Source: Chloroflexota bacterium (GTDB lineage: Bacteria > Chloroflexota > UBA11872). Taken from it: a stretch of DNA of 64,000 nucleotides. The notes beneath the pieces are model-generated. The model was given only the letters and a program-made list of their open reading frames with translations. It did no database searches and had not been told where the DNA came from. This document shows, in pieces, positions 40,425 through 51,237 of the stretch (the first letter of the stretch is position 1; every line of letters starts with the position of its first letter). The position numbers and the translations under genes are program-made. The stretch covers positions 174,411 to 238,410 of the forward strand of contig JAPOWQ010000006.1 of the NCBI GenBank assembly GCA_026707585.1, read 5' to 3'.

Positions 40425-42464
40425 TCAGCCTGGCCGGCGGACCTCGATGTCGCCTGCCTCCGCTCGGATCGATGCCAGCGTGCCCTCCACGACTTCGCGA
40501 ATGGCGGGCCGTCCCGCTGGGTCAAGGGCAGCGGCAGCGAATTGGGCGCGGGTTGGGTGGGGGACCAGCAGCAGGCGGATGCCTGCCGCGCCGAGGACTT
40601 CGAAGTCGGACGGGCCGAGGGTGCTGCGTCGGGTAAGCACCAGGACGTCGGCCTGCGAGCCGGACGGTGGCGGGGAGGCGACAGGGGGCGCCAGCAGGAC
40701 TCTGAGGTCGTCCGTTGCAATGTGCGTCCAGGTGCCGGATGCGTCGTGTAGAAACCCCATGGTGAGCCCTGGGTGCGAGACCGTATTCGTCGCCTCAACT
40801 GGTGCACGGCGTGCGGCGTCGCGTGAAACGAGGGCCTGTCCTAATCCGTGCTGGACTGGCGCCGTTACGAGCGTCACCGGCCGCTCCCGCAGCAGGCCAA
40901 GAGCCGTCGCGCTGGCGCGGCCGTCACTGCTTGGCACGGCAAGAAGGGCGACCGTTGGGTCCCAGGCGGGAAGGGCGGCGTCGAGGACATACGGCCGCAG
41001 GCGGTCGCCCGCGACGACGTGGCTTGCGTCCGCGTGGCGGACGTAGACCGTGGGTGTGGCACCGGCGAAGTCAACGGTGAGCCGGGTTGCGGCGTCGTGG
41101 AATAGGCGCGGCGCGACGACCACGGCCAGGACGGGCGGCAGCGCGAAGGCGGCGACGCCCAGCCCGACGGCGAGAGATCTGATGCGGCGCGTGGGAACCT
41201 GCGGAATTCGCCACGACTGGCGTCCGCCGACCAGGACCAGCAGCGCGATTGCGGCGTAGACGGCGGCGGCGTGTCCGAGGCTGAATCCGGGGATCGGGAC
41301 GGATGCACCGGGCAGCGTGGCGGCCAGGCGGGCGGCCTGGATCAGGTATTCCAAAGGAACCCAGGCGGCCCAGGCCAGCACGTCGCCGAACGGCCAGCCG
41401 GCGGCCGCCCAGACGGCCACGGGTGCGCCCGTGGCCATGATCCAGACCGGCGCGGCCAGGGCCAGCAGGTTGGCCGGGATGCCGGCCAGCTGCAGGCGCT
41501 CGAAGGTGTGAGCGATGATCGGGGTGACCATCAGGCTGGCGGTGGCGGTGACAGCCAGCGGCTCGGCGGCGAGGCGCGGGAGGCGCGCCTTGCCGGCAAG
41601 CCACTCGGAGAGACCCGGCGCAATGACGACCAGGCCCAGCGTGCCGGCGAAGGACAGTTGGAATCCCACGTCAGCTAGGGCTGATGGATCCACGAGGACG
41701 ATTGCGAGCGCCGCCACGGCCAACGCGACGAGGGCGTCGCTGTCGCGGCCAAGCAGCCAGGCCAAGAGGATCAGTTCGCCCATCAGCGTGGCTCGCACGA
41801 CGCTGGGTTCGCCGCCGGCCAGGGCCGCGTAGAGGGGTAGGGCGAGCATGGCCAGCAGGACGCTGTAGCGGCCGATCAGCCAGCCGGCCATGCGGCGCAC
41901 GGCCAGGGCGACGAGCGTGATGTTGAAGCCGGAGATCGCGACGACGTGGATCAGGCCGGAGGCCAGGAAGTCGTTGCGCAGGTCGCCCGGCAGGCTGGAG
42001 CGCTTGCCGACCAGGATGGCCGAGAGCAGTGCCCCATGCGGCTCGGGCAGGACGCCGCGCACGCTGCGGTCGATGTGCTCGCGCAGCCGAGTCAACCAGG
42101 GCTCGTCGGCGTGAGGAGGCGGCGAGAGAATGCGGACCTGTTGGGTGTCGATGCGCCCGGCGAAGGTCTCGTCGGTCTGCCGGAGCCCTGACGCACCGCG
42201 GGGCCGGGTCGGTTCGAACGCACCGGTTACAGCCACGCGGGCGCCGGGTGGGGCTGCGCCGCCGGGGGCGAAGAACTCCACGCGGCCGGCAGCCGCTCTG
42301 GACTCGGTTCCGACCGGCCCTGCGCTTTCGACGTGCAGCGTTCGGCGTGAGCCGGGGTGTGCGTCGACGACGGTGCCCTCGAGACGAAGCTCAACGCCGG
42401 GCGGCGCTAGCACGAGGGGCGCCTGGGACTGCTGGTGGTGAGCCGCACGGACCAGCCCGAGCAC
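40425..42464 (-). CDS. comEC: DNA internalisation-related competence protein ComEC/Rec2 (N-terminus may extend to ~42671)
   Basis: DUF4131-like OB region, then the polytopic competence domain ('LASGLIHVVAISGFNITLV', 'GFQLSFAGTLGL'). Upstream of the GTG the same frame is open, GC3-rich and hydrophobic for ~69 codons but holds no ATG/GTG/TTG. Confidence 0.8.
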   Translation of the reverse strand: MLGLVRAAHHQQSQAPLVLAPPGVELRLEGTVVDAHPGSRRTLHVESAGPVGTESRAAAGRVEFFAPGGAAPPGARVAVTGAFEPTRPRGASGLRQTDETFAGRIDTQQVRILSPPPHADEPWLTRLREHIDRSVRGVLPEPHGALLSAILVGKRSSLPGDLRNDFLASGLIHVVAISGFNITLVALAVRRMAGWLIGRYSVLLAMLALPLYAALAGGEPSVVRATLMGELILLAWLLGRDSDALVALAVAALAIVLVDPSALADVGFQLSFAGTLGLVVIAPGLSEWLAGKARLPRLAAEPLAVTATASLMVTPIIAHTFERLQLAGIPANLLALAAPVWIMATGAPVAVWAAAGWPFGDVLAWAAWVPLEYLIQAARLAATLPGASVPIPGFSLGHAAAVYAAIALLVLVGGRQSWRIPQVPTRRIRSLAVGLGVAAFALPPVLAVVVAPRLFHDAATRLTVDFAGATPTVYVRHADASHVVAGDRLRPYVLDAALPAWDPTVALLAVPSSDGRASATALGLLRERPVTLVTAPVQHGLGQALVSRDAARRAPVEATNTVSHPGLTMGFLHDASGTWTHIATDDLRVLLAPPVASPPPSGSQADVLVLTRRSTLGPSDFEVLGAAGIRLLLVPHPTRAQFAAAALDPAGRPAIREVVEGTLASIRAEAGDIEVRRPG

Positions 42465-42674
42465 CAGGGCAGCCGGGATCAGCAGGGCGGCCAGCCACTT
42501 TGGGCGGGCCAGGCCGACCGCAAGCAGTGCAACGGCCAGAAGGGCCGTGAACCAGGCAGGAGCCGGATCCCACCAGGCGGTCGCGGCGACACCGAAGAGC
42601 AGCGCGGCGCCCGCGCCGGCGATCAGGGCGCCTGGCCCCAGCCCCGCCCCGTATGATTTGCGACGCCAGCCTCA

Positions 42675-43046
42675 ATGCCGGAAGACGCCATGGACCGACG
42701 CCGCCAACGCGCCCTGTTTGCCGCACTCTTCTCCATCTTCTTCATCACGCTCATCGTCTTTGTTTGGTCGCTGCAGTCGGGGCCGGCGCCAATCCTCGTC
42801 GAGGGGATCCTGGTTGGCACGATGGCGCTGCTGGCGCTGCGCGGTCGGCGACTGACGCCAACGCTGCGACGCAACCTGCGCCGGGTCTTCTGGCTGTTCT
42901 TCGTCGCCATCACCATCAGCGTCATTGCCTGGGTGCGCGAGGTCGGCCCGTTGCTACCGATCGTGATCGAGGCGGTGCTGTTGATCGTCGCGCTGCTTGT
43001 CATGCGGGCGACGCGATCCCCGGACGATCCGGTGCTCGAAAGCTGA
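42675..43046 (+). CDS. Hypothetical small membrane protein (3 predicted TM helices) on the strand opposite comEA/comEC
   Basis: ATG starts immediately after the stop (tca) that closes the comEC-frame open region. Coding-like GC3 bias, three hydrophobic helices. The 3' 47 nt overlap the comEA 3' end on the other strand. Confidence 0.4.
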   Translation: MPEDAMDRRRQRALFAALFSIFFITLIVFVWSLQSGPAPILVEGILVGTMALLALRGRRLTPTLRRNLRRVFWLFFVAITISVIAWVREVGPLLPIVIEAVLLIVALLVMRATRSPDDPVLES

Positions 43047-43443
43047 TACGCGGCAGGACGCGTTCGACCGTTCCGCCTGGAATGCCCAGCGCGCGGAGGT
43101 CGGCGGCGGTACCCAGCGGGCCGAAGAACGTGCGGGCGTGGACGATTCGGGCGGCGTAGGCGGGGCCGACTCCTGGTAGCCGGGCGGCCAGGTCGTCCGC
43201 AGCGAGCGTGTTGACGGCGACGGTTCCGGTGGCTTCGGAAACGGGCGACGTGCCAAGGGTCGTTGCGGACGTCGGGGCCGGCTCGGGCGTGGCTCGCGTG
43301 CCCGCCAACATGATGCTGAAGACGAGAGCGGCGGCAGCCGCCGTGACCGCCAGCAGGCCCAGACCTCGACGGCTGTCGGCGCGTTCGGCGGTGGCCGACG
43401 GAAACCCGGCGGGCTGTGTGGCCTGGGGATCCGGCAGGGCCAC
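43000..43443 (-). CDS. comEA: Competence protein ComEA (membrane-anchored tandem HhH DNA-binding)
   Basis: TM anchor then 'VNTLAADDLAARLPGVGPAYAARIVHAR...ADLRALGIPGGTVERV' HhH repeats. Confidence 0.8.
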   Translation of the reverse strand: MALPDPQATQPAGFPSATAERADSRRGLGLLAVTAAAAALVFSIMLAGTRATPEPAPTSATTLGTSPVSEATGTVAVNTLAADDLAARLPGVGPAYAARIVHARTFFGPLGTAADLRALGIPGGTVERVLPRISFRAPDRPGIASPA

Positions 43444-43448
43444 GGGGA

Positions 43449-45407
43449 CTAGCGATCTCCGCCGAGTTCGGCCATGACTTCGCCCATGCGCGCGGTGTCG
43501 TAACCGCCCATGGCGTGGACGGCCTTGGCGAAGGTCGGGTCGCGGAGGATTTCCAGGAGGGCGGCGACAGGCGGGTGCTTCAAGTGCTCGTTGGGAACGA
43601 CGAGGTCGTATTGCTCCGTGCCGACGGGGATGAAGTCGGTGCCGAGGGCGCGGGCGGCGGCGCGGATGCCCAGGGCGGCGTCGGCCATGCCGCTGTCCAC
43701 GTCGGCGGCCACGGCCAGGTGGGTGTACTGTTCGCGGTCGTAGCCCTCGATTGCTGCGGGGTCGATGCCCTCGGTAGCCAGCAGGTGGTCAAGCAGCATG
43801 CGGGTGCCGGCGCCGCGCTGGCGGTTGACGAAGCGAACGTCGGGGCGGGTCAGGTCTTGCAGCGTGCCGAGGCCCCTGGGATTGCCGCGCGGGACGATCA
43901 GGCCCTGCTCGCGTTGGGCGAAGTGGATCAGGGTGACGGCGTGGCCGGGTAGGACGCGCTGCACGTCGGTCTCGTTGTAGATGCCGGTCGTTGGGTCCAG
44001 CAGGTGGCAGCCGGCCAGGTGGGCCTCGCTGCGGCGCAGCGCAACCAGGCCGCCGTAGCTGCCCGCGTTAGTGGAGGCCAGCCGCATGGGTGGCGAGCGG
44101 CGGGAGAGCTCGCTGGCCAGCAGGTCCAGGGCGGGGTCGTGGCTACCGATGGCGACGGCCGTGTGTTCGATGCCCTCGGCTTCGCCCAGGAGTTCCACCT
44201 CGACCTCGGATCCGGCCGCGATTCCTTCGGAAAAGCGCGGGATGGTGACCAAGCCGTCGGCCCGCACGAGCGACATGATCACGCCGGCGGCGCGCTCCAG
44301 CGGGGCGGCGACGATGCGGCTGCCGACGCGGCCGACACGCACGCGGATGAATTCGTCGTCACCAGCATGGGAGACGAGCGGTCGCGGCGTGACGGCCTTG
44401 ACGGTCCGGCGCGGCGGGACGGGACGTCCCAGGCATTGCTCGATTAGCGGGCGGACGAAGAGTTCGAACGTGAGGGCGGCGGAGACCGGGTAGCCGGGGA
44501 TTCCGAGGACAGGCTTGCCGCGGGCGACGCCAAGGACCACGGGGTGGCCCGGGCGGACGGCGACACCGTGCACGAATACGCGGCCCAGGTCGGCGATGAC
44601 GCGGGCGCTGTAGTCCTCGCGGCCCGCGGACGAGCCGGCGTTGATGACGACGATGTCGGCGGATTCGAGCGCGGCCTCGGTGGCGTCGCCGATGGCGTGG
44701 AAGTCGTCGGCCACGATGTCGCCGCGCAGCGTTTCCGCGCCCCAGGTCTCGGCCAGGGCGCCGAGCATCAGGCCGTTGAATTCGATGAGTTCGCCGGGCT
44801 GAGGGTTGCGGCCTACGGGGACGAGTTCGCTGCCGGTCGGAATCACGGCCACGCGGGGCGGCTCGACCACGTCCACTTCCGCGCGCCCGGCGGCGGCCAG
44901 GGCGCCGAGGTCGCGCGGCTCCAGGCGGCGGCCCTGGGGCAGCACGAGCTCAGAGGCCACGATGTCTTCGCCCATGGGCCGCACGTGCTGCCAGGGCGCC
45001 GCGGCGGCGGTGATCTCGATGGTGCCGTCGCGATGGTCGTGAATGTCCTCGATCATGATCACGGCGTCGGTGTCTGGCGGCATGGCGTCGCCCGTGTCGA
45101 TCCAGATGGCCTGGGTGTCCAGCTCGAGCCGGCGCGGGGAGGTCTCGGCGGCACCGACGGTGCTGGCGGCGGCTACGGCTACACCGTCCATGGCGGCGGC
45201 GGGGAAGTGCGGGCTGGAGAGGGCTGCCCAGACGGGTGCGGCGGTGACGTGGCCGAGGGCCTGGTCCAGCGGTAGCCGGAGGGTGCGGCGGGGCGGCCAG
45301 CCGGGGAGTTCGGCCAGCGCCGTCGCCAGGCGTTCGCGCGCGTTGGCCAGGGGCACGTCGGTCAGGTAGACGGCGCGCTGGTGGGAGCTAGAAGGGTTCA
45401 ACGTCAA
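43449..45407 (-). CDS. moeA: Molybdopterin molybdotransferase MoeA fused to a C-terminal periplasmic-binding-protein-like (PBP2-type) domain
   Basis: The MoeA core ('AAMDGVAV', 'GDIVADD...ADIVVINAGSSAG', 'GIPGYPVSA') is followed by ~250 aa resembling a type-2 PBP/LysR-substrate-like fold. Confidence 0.8.
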   Translation of the reverse strand: MTLNPSSSHQRAVYLTDVPLANARERLATALAELPGWPPRRTLRLPLDQALGHVTAAPVWAALSSPHFPAAAMDGVAVAAASTVGAAETSPRRLELDTQAIWIDTGDAMPPDTDAVIMIEDIHDHRDGTIEITAAAAPWQHVRPMGEDIVASELVLPQGRRLEPRDLGALAAAGRAEVDVVEPPRVAVIPTGSELVPVGRNPQPGELIEFNGLMLGALAETWGAETLRGDIVADDFHAIGDATEAALESADIVVINAGSSAGREDYSARVIADLGRVFVHGVAVRPGHPVVLGVARGKPVLGIPGYPVSAALTFELFVRPLIEQCLGRPVPPRRTVKAVTPRPLVSHAGDDEFIRVRVGRVGSRIVAAPLERAAGVIMSLVRADGLVTIPRFSEGIAAGSEVEVELLGEAEGIEHTAVAIGSHDPALDLLASELSRRSPPMRLASTNAGSYGGLVALRRSEAHLAGCHLLDPTTGIYNETDVQRVLPGHAVTLIHFAQREQGLIVPRGNPRGLGTLQDLTRPDVRFVNRQRGAGTRMLLDHLLATEGIDPAAIEGYDREQYTHLAVAADVDSGMADAALGIRAAARALGTDFIPVGTEQYDLVVPNEHLKHPPVAALLEILRDPTFAKAVHAMGGYDTARMGEVMAELGGDR

Positions 45408-46626
45408 CCCAGGCGCCTTCCGCCAGCCCGCCGGCGTCCAGAGGAATGCGTATGAGACCTGCGGCCCGAACCAGCGTGGCGATCAGGTTTGAGGGACCGA
45501 GGACTGGGGTTGCCCACCACTCGCCATCGCGCTCCTGCAGCGCCGTTGGCACGAAGTCGATGCGTCCGGTCTGGGAGGCGAGGCTGCGTGCCAGTCGCGC
45601 CCGACGGCGCGGTGGATCGTCGGCTGGGCCCGCGCCGAGCAGTCGTCGAATGGTCGGTGCGACCACTAGCCCAAACACGACCATGGCGGACACCGGGTTG
45701 CCCGGCAGGCCGAAGACGGGTATGCCGTCGGCCACCGCGACGATGGTGGGTTTGCCGGGTTTGACGGCGATGCCGTGGACCAGCACACCGGGATGGCCCA
45801 GACCGCCGATCACTTCGGCGGTCATGTCGCGGGTGCTGACGGAGCTGCCGGCCGAGATGATGACCAGGTCGCAGGCGGCGAGGGCGGCGCGAGTGAGCCG
45901 TTCCAGTTTCGCGCGGTCGTCGGGCGCCACGCCGAACTCGCGCACGTCTGCACCAGCCTGGCGGGCCAGGGCGGACAGCGTGGTGGCATTGACGTCGCGA
46001 ACCTGGCCGGGGGCGGGTTGGGCGTCCGCGGGAACGATCTCGTCGCCCGAGGAGAGCACTCCGATTACCGGAGGTACCGCCGCTTGGATCTCCGTGATGC
46101 CCAGAGCGGCTAGAACGCCAAGATCCTGCGCGCGCAGACGATGACCGGCCGGCAGCAGCGGGTCGCCGGCGGCCAGGTCATCGCCGGCCTTGATGATGTG
46201 CTGGCCGGGGGCCGCTGGGCGCAGGACTTCGACGGAGGTTTCGTCGACCGGCTGGGTGTACTCCACCATCACAACGGCGTCGGCGCGGGGCGGCAGCATG
46301 CCGCCGGTGTGGATGAGTTGGGCGGTACCTGGCTGCACGGGCCGCGTGGCGGCAGCGCCCATCGGGACCTCGCCGTCCACGGTGAGAAAGGCGGGCAGCG
46401 CTTCGGAGGCGCCGTAGGTGTCGGCGGCGCGGACGGCGTAGCCGTCCATGGCGGAGCGGGCAAAGGCCGGGCTGTCTTCAGGCGAGATGAGCGGCGTGGC
46501 GGTGACTCGACCCAAGGCAGCGTCCAAGCCGATGCGTTCGCTGCTCGGGGTGAAGGGCAGATGCTTGAACAGGCGCGCCAGCGCCTCAGCCGGCGTCGCG
46601 ATTTGGAAAAAGATGTCTGTCGTCAT
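45388..46626 (-). CDS. moeA: Molybdopterin molybdotransferase MoeA (stand-alone)
   Basis: 'SAMDGYAV', 'DLVIISAGSSVSTRD' and 'GLPGNPVSAMV'. Start 'MTTDIFFQ' at 46626, overlapping the 3' end of the fused moeA by 20 nt. Confidence 0.85.
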   Translation of the reverse strand: MTTDIFFQIATPAEALARLFKHLPFTPSSERIGLDAALGRVTATPLISPEDSPAFARSAMDGYAVRAADTYGASEALPAFLTVDGEVPMGAAATRPVQPGTAQLIHTGGMLPPRADAVVMVEYTQPVDETSVEVLRPAAPGQHIIKAGDDLAAGDPLLPAGHRLRAQDLGVLAALGITEIQAAVPPVIGVLSSGDEIVPADAQPAPGQVRDVNATTLSALARQAGADVREFGVAPDDRAKLERLTRAALAACDLVIISAGSSVSTRDMTAEVIGGLGHPGVLVHGIAVKPGKPTIVAVADGIPVFGLPGNPVSAMVVFGLVVAPTIRRLLGAGPADDPPRRRARLARSLASQTGRIDFVPTALQERDGEWWATPVLGPSNLIATLVRAAGLIRIPLDAGGLAEGAWVDVEPF

Positions 46627-46745
46627 GGGGCAGGCCGCGCGGATCGGCTCGTCCGCATTGTCACGCTCGCCGGTGTGGCCGGTCCACGCCTCAGCGGTGG
46701 GAGTCCGCCAGCCGGGGCGAGGTTGGGTGGGGGGTGAAGGGGGGA

Positions 46746-46798
46746 GCTGTCTCTGGCCAGCGCCGCCCCCAAAGGGGGCGGCGCTGGCCAGAGACAGC
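46746..46798. repeat. Perfect inverted repeat / hairpin: 25-bp stem (AGCTGTCTCTGGCCAGCGCCGCCCCC) with 3-nt loop (AAA)
   Basis: Arms checked base by base and perfectly complementary. Lies ~120 bp upstream of the moeA start, in the divergent moeA/groEL intergenic region. 'ATTTTGG' follows on the plus strand. Confidence 0.6.
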
Positions 46799-47190
46799 TT
46801 GGGCCGGATTTTGGCGGAGGATAGGGACGAATCGGTGGGCGAGGCGATAGGACGACCCGGGGCCCTTGCACCTGGCGTGGCGCGCCGGGGCTGTGGGTGG
46901 CCGAGGCGCGGGCGGCGCGGGGACCACGAACCGAGCCAGGGCATGAGACGAGACACCAGGCGGACAAGGGAGACAGGAATGGACGGCTCCGGGGCTGGAC
47001 GCGCATAAACAAGGGTCGATTGTACTCCCGTCGCTTACACCAGGCAAGTCCGAGGCCCAGGGGCGGAATGCGCAGGGTCTGCCAGGGCGGGTCGTCGAGG
47101 CGGCTGGCGGAATGGCTGGTCAGCAGGGCGCCGAAGTCGGGGGAAGCGCGGGCCCTTGTCGGGCAGGCAGATGCTCAGCGTGTTTCCGAC

Positions 47191-47297
47191 GATGTGTCCA
47201 CCTCGCACCCCGATAGTGTCCAGTGTTCGGCCCGAATCCGTCCGAACGCGTTCACTTTTCGGACCAATGTGTCCACTTTCCGAGTCGATGTGTCCAG
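47191..47297. repeat. Four direct repeats of (c)gAT(g/a)TGTCCA(c/g) in two pairs spaced 21-22 bp, flanking a GTCCGAA-N11-TTCGGAC hairpin with core palindrome GAACGCGTTC
   Basis: Repeats at ~47191, 47212, 47266 and 47287 read directly from the sequence. They are weakly DnaA-box-like (TTGTCCACA), 7/9 at best. They sit upstream of a small ORF and groEL. Confidence 0.5.
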
Positions 47298-47416
47298 CGT
47301 GAGGCGGCGAGGCGCTGGTCTGGCCGCCGCCTCCGGCACGAACTGAGCCGGAGCGACTGCGGGCCCAGGCGCGTCCGTATAATCGCGCGACCAATCCGCC
47401 ACCCCCCTGGACTGCC

Positions 47417-47692
47417 GTGTCATCCGAACCGACCACAAGCGACGACCGCGAGGTCACGTATATCGAGTTTGACGACGTCGAGATTGAGGTCAGCGTCTGG
47501 GAAGGCATGGCCGGCTGGAATGCCAACGCCGTGATCGATGGGCGCGATTACCGGGCCATGGGGGCGGCGAGCCGCGAGGACGCGTTGACGCGGCTGACGT
47601 CGTCGATCCGGTTCAGCACGGAGGCGACGTTTGCGCTGGGGATCAAGAACCGGCGCTACTGGTCGCCGAACCCCTATTGGAAGGGGCGCTAG
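47417..47692 (+). CDS. Small hypothetical protein (91 aa) upstream of groEL
   Basis: GTG start, strong GC3 codon bias, acidic N-terminus, no recognisable domain. It occupies the position where groES would normally sit. Confidence 0.4.
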   Translation: MSSEPTTSDDREVTYIEFDDVEIEVSVWEGMAGWNANAVIDGRDYRAMGAASREDALTRLTSSIRFSTEATFALGIKNRRYWSPNPYWKGR

Positions 47693-47876
47693 GCCAGCGA
47701 CCGGCGTTCGCGGTCGGCGTCTCGGTAGACCGACGCGCCAAGAGCAGTTGGCGCAGTCGATTAGTCGCTGGCCGGGTATTCACGCCCACTTTGGAGCGTT
47801 GCTGGGTTACAATTGCGCACCGATTGTCGGCACGCGGTAGCGTGCCGCTTGGCGCACCGCGCCTAATCCCACCTAA

Positions 47877-49607
<1,731 letters not shown>

Positions 49608-49690
49608 CTCTCACCCTTCGAGAAACACTCAAGCCCCGCCGGTCGGTCGCCGGCGGGGCTTGTTGCGTCGGTCGGCGATTTCGCCGACGG

Positions 49691-50806
49691 CTAGGTCAGG
49701 AAGTCTTTGAGCTTGCGGGCGAGGCGGGGGTGGCGGAGGCGGCGGAGGGCCTGGGACTCGATCTGGCGAATGCGCTCGCGGGTCAAGCCGAACTCCTGGC
49801 CGACCTGGTCCAGCGTGCGCGGCGTGTCGTCGTCGAGACCGTGGCGCATGCGCAGGATCTTCTGCTCGCGCGGGTCCAGCATCTCCAGCACGCCCTCAAG
49901 ATGCTCGGTGAGCATCTGGGATGTGGCGGCCTCGACCGGCTCCACGGCGTCGTCGTCGGGGATGAGGTGCCCGATTTCGGTGTCGCCGTCCTCGCCGATG
50001 GGGGTCTCGAGGGAGATGGGCAGGCGGGCGGCGAGCTTGAGTTCGCCGATCTGTTCCTCGCTCATCTCCATTTCGTGGGCAATCTCGTCGTCGGTCGGCT
50101 CGCGCCCCAGGCGCAACTGCAGGTCGCGTTGCACCCGGTAGGACTTGGTGAGCTTCTCGTGCACGTGCACGGGCAGCCGGATGGTGCGGCTCTGCTCGGC
50201 GATGGCGCGCGTGACGGCCTGCCGAATCCACCAGGTGGCATAGGTGCTGAACTTGTAACCGCGGCGCCAGTCGAACTTCTCGGCGGCGCGCATGAGCCCG
50301 GCGTTGCCTTCCTGCACCAGGTCCAGCAACGGGATGCCGTGGCCGGTGTACTTCTTGGCGACGCTGACCACCAGGCGCAGATTGGCCGTGATGAGGTGCT
50401 CGCGGGCGGACTCGTCGCCGCGCTCGATGCGCTGCGCCAGGTCGACCTCTTCCTTGGCCGTGAGCAGCGAGATGCGGCCGATCTCGTTGAGGTAGCTGCG
50501 AACGGTGTCCTGGCTGGCGGACTCGAGCTCCAGGTCACGCTCGCGACGGGACTGGATGGTGGTGACCTTGGAGGCGTCGCCGCCTTCCGTGTCTTCCGGT
50601 TCCTCGTCGCGCAGCTCGATCTCTTCCTCAGCCAGCTGCATGCGGAACCAGGTCTCGACTTCCGTCGTGATCTGCGCCTCATCGGGCAGGACTTTCTTGA
50701 GCTCGGACTTGTTGAGAAAGCCGGGATCCGAGCCCAGGGCGACAAGCTCGGCCAGGGCGTTTTCTAGCGTTTCCTCGTTCAGATGTAGTGCGACTTCAAC
50801 CGCCAC
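49691..50806 (-). CDS. rpoD: RNA polymerase primary sigma factor (sigma-70 family, RpoD/SigA)
   Basis: Regions 1.2, 2.1-2.4 ('[15 protein letters not shown]'), 3, and the 4.2 HTH ('[20 protein letters not shown]'). GTG start preceded by GGGGGATGG at 50806. Confidence 0.9.
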   Translation of the reverse strand: MAVEVALHLNEETLENALAELVALGSDPGFLNKSELKKVLPDEAQITTEVETWFRMQLAEEEIELRDEEPEDTEGGDASKVTTIQSRRERDLELESASQDTVRSYLNEIGRISLLTAKEEVDLAQRIERGDESAREHLITANLRLVVSVAKKYTGHGIPLLDLVQEGNAGLMRAAEKFDWRRGYKFSTYATWWIRQAVTRAIAEQSRTIRLPVHVHEKLTKSYRVQRDLQLRLGREPTDDEIAHEMEMSEEQIGELKLAARLPISLETPIGEDGDTEIGHLIPDDDAVEPVEAATSQMLTEHLEGVLEMLDPREQKILRMRHGLDDDTPRTLDQVGQEFGLTRERIRQIESQALRRLRHPRLARKLKDFLT

Positions 50807-51237
50807 GGATCGTTCACCATCCCCCTGCTGCGGCAATGCCTGACGGGCTTGCGGCCCGCCTGGTGCCTGGCGCTCCCCGAATCTAACCCTCATCCCCGTC
50901 GGATTTCCACCGCTGAAGGCACACGCGCACCCGCCACGCGGGCTACGCGTTCCCCAACGGCCTGATGTCGCGCGGCTGCGTCTGCAAAGTGGACAGGGAT
51001 GGTTCGCCTGTCGAAGCGGTAGGCGCTTGTGCCGAGAACGCCCGCGCGTCGCATCGTCCGACCCAGCGGTGCGCAAGTCACCGCCTACCCGAGTATACGC
51101 CGATCCGGCGGGCAGGTAGCAGGCAAGTTCAGAGGGTAGAGCCAGGGGCGACCTGGCGACGGTCGCTTCACATTGCGAGCGGTGACACCGGCTGCAACAA
51201 TCAAAGAAATCGGGGCGGTCTCCGGGCGGGAGTGGGG

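Noticed and set aside
43416-45275. Plus-strand ORFs (43416..43952, 44004..44447, 44544..45275) antisense to the fused moeA
   Set aside because: These are shadow ORFs in a GC-rich gene, with no domains.
47191-47300. Interpretation of the TGTGTCCA repeats as a chromosomal replication origin (DnaA-box cluster)
   Set aside because: They match the DnaA box only 7/9 at best. No dnaA/dnaN or AT-rich DUE is nearby, and the genes in the area (moeA, groEL) are not origin-linked. The repeats are kept as an unexplained array rather than called oriC.
49730-50767. 345-aa plus-strand ORF antisense to rpoD
   Set aside because: rpoD is unambiguous on the other strand.
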